Source: Promethearchaeota archaeon (GTDB lineage: Archaea > Asgardarchaeota > Lokiarchaeia > Sigyniarchaeales > SOKP01). Taken from it: a DNA stretch of 21,077 nucleotides. The stretch spans positions 1-21,077 of the forward strand of contig JALGVJ010000053.1 in assembly GCA_029838195.1 (NCBI GenBank), given 5' to 3'. The notes beneath the pieces were generated by a model. The model was given only the letters and a program-made list of their open reading frames with translations. It did no database searches and was not told the origin of the DNA. Position 1 is the first letter of the stretch. Each line of letters opens with the position of its first letter. The translations under genes were made by a program, and so were the position numbers. Shown piece by piece: positions 19,953 through 21,077 of the stretch.

Positions 19953-20456
19953 ATGGAAGCCGTAACGCACAATTTAACGGGAGTAGTAATCCAGATATTA
20001 TGTTTTAAATATCTCATGGCGCCTTATAGTTATATTTTCACAATGCTTTTCGCCTTTTTGTCTCACTTTCTAATAGATGCCCTTTCGAAAATCACGTATC
20101 ATACTCCAGAACCGAGAACGGAGGATAAATTTTGGGTCATTTGGCACATAATTATTTTATTATTCTCAATTTTGTCATTTGGTATCTTTATTCTTGAATT
20201 TTGGTTAGGAATGCTATTTGCTAATCTCATTGATATTTGGGATTGGGTGATAATTAGAAATATTCAAAATTATAAAAAAAAGAAAAATTCAGATTCGAAG
20301 TGGTGTGCGCATTGCTATTTTCATCCCGTGGCAGATGCCGTGAGAAATAAACTATTTTTCTTCTTACCAAATTTGAATTACAGGCGAATTGGTATCATAC
20401 CTGAGATTTTCCTCATTAGTTGTTTATCCTTTTTTATCGCTTTTCTATTAATTTAA
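19953..20456 (+). CDS. Membrane protein, putative metal-dependent hydrolase
   Basis: Hydrophobic protein with N-terminal TH, SHFLID, YH, WH, DIWD and HCYFH His/Asp motifs, reminiscent of YdjM-like membrane hydrolases. Confidence 0.5.
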   Translation: MEAVTHNLTGVVIQILCFKYLMAPYSYIFTMLFAFLSHFLIDALSKITYHTPEPRTEDKFWVIWHIIILLFSILSFGIFILEFWLGMLFANLIDIWDWVIIRNIQNYKKKKNSDSKWCAHCYFHPVADAVRNKLFFFLPNLNYRRIGIIPEIFLISCLSFFIAFLLI

Positions 20457-20776
20457 AAGGAATTCTATTCTATTTCAATAAAAGTAATAAGGAAAAAAAG
20501 GAATAAGGGCTTGTAAATCAAAATTTAGGTATTATTCTTCAATGATTTTCGAAGGCTTATAGGACCAAATTGAATAAAATTAGAAATTGAAAAAGATACT
20601 ATTGGTTAGAAGCGAAATCCAAGGGAAGAATCAATAGATATTGAAATATTCAAATTAATACACATATGCCAACACTTAAAAATTTTATAGTTTTATTTTT
20701 TTTTTATCACTCGTTTTTATCTGAGGGTATTTTTAAGTTTATAATTTAGCTTGATTTTTAAATCTTTTAACTTTAA

Positions 20777-21077
20777 GGGCGACAAAAATCGAGATTATAG
20801 CAATCGCAGTTTTGTCGGCTCTCGCATGTAATCCGGTAAAAGAATCTGAAATCCATCCTTGACGGCAACCTCGGGAAAAACCGAATAAAAATCCACGCCT
20901 TTCGTCACGGTAAAAATGCCCGTTTTGCCGATCAAGTCAGGCCTGCCCACTTTATAGGCCGTGAGGATCTTGAGAAGGTCCAAAATTAAAATTAAATAGC
21001 GGTGCTTGGATATCATTTCAAGACCGCGCACGTTTGCCCGTCTCGCATGGTATACCACTATATTGTGCGAAAATTGC
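20777..21077 (-). mobile_element. Probable right end of an insertion sequence
   Basis: Abrupt shift from very AT-rich DNA to higher GC at TTAA|GGGCGACAAAAATC, just past the stop of the transposase-like ORF. The other end is outside the window. Confidence 0.4.
20795..21077 (-). CDS. Partial ORF (C-terminus), probable DDE transposase
   Basis: Frame stays open to the window edge (QFSHNIVVYHARRANVRGLEMISKHRYLILILDLLK). It resembles the 'F...R...RGL..V....L....NL' tail of IS4/IS5/IS1182-like transposases. GC is higher than flanking DNA (27/60 in 20821-20880). Confidence 0.5.
   Translation of the reverse strand, partial: QFSHNIVVYHARRANVRGLEMISKHRYLILILDLLKILTAYKVGRPDLIGKTGIFTVTKGVDFYSVFPEVAVKDGFQILLPDYMREPTKLRLL

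Noticed and set aside
20457-20770. Possible pseudogene or stop-readthrough frame in the spacer
   Set aside because: The frames checked contain multiple stops and no recognisable protein similarity.

Overview
AT-rich archaeal chromosomal segment, most consistent with an Asgard archaeon (Lokiarchaeia-like; inferred from gene content, not a database search). In order: a YfcE/Vps29-family metallophosphoesterase, a GIFT (GldG/IFT52-like) domain protein with an apparent C-terminal ribbon-helix-helix domain, a bacterial-type gyrase pair (gyrB-gyrA), dihydropteroate synthase (folP), an EamA transporter, a CPBP/CAAX protease, a CofE-family gamma-glutamyl ligase, a DUF998-like membrane protein, gatA-gatB without adjacent gatC, two tandem paralogous Roadblock/LC7 genes, an HGSNAT-like transmembrane acyltransferase, uxaC, an MFE-2-like SDR, a putative membrane metal-dependent hydrolase, and the 3' end of a probable DDE transposase cut by the window edge. 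I saw no rRNA, tRNA or CRISPR array. Best leads: (1) folP near a CofE-family ligase resembling the Chlamydia FolC2 type, suggesting a FolC-independent pterin glutamylation route; (2) the GIFT-RHH fusion next to a Vps29-like gene; (3) a Roadblock pair with no GTPase, downstream of uxaC and the HGSNAT-like gene; (4) a GyrA carrying resistance-type residues at both main quinolone positions. All family calls come from motif recognition by eye.
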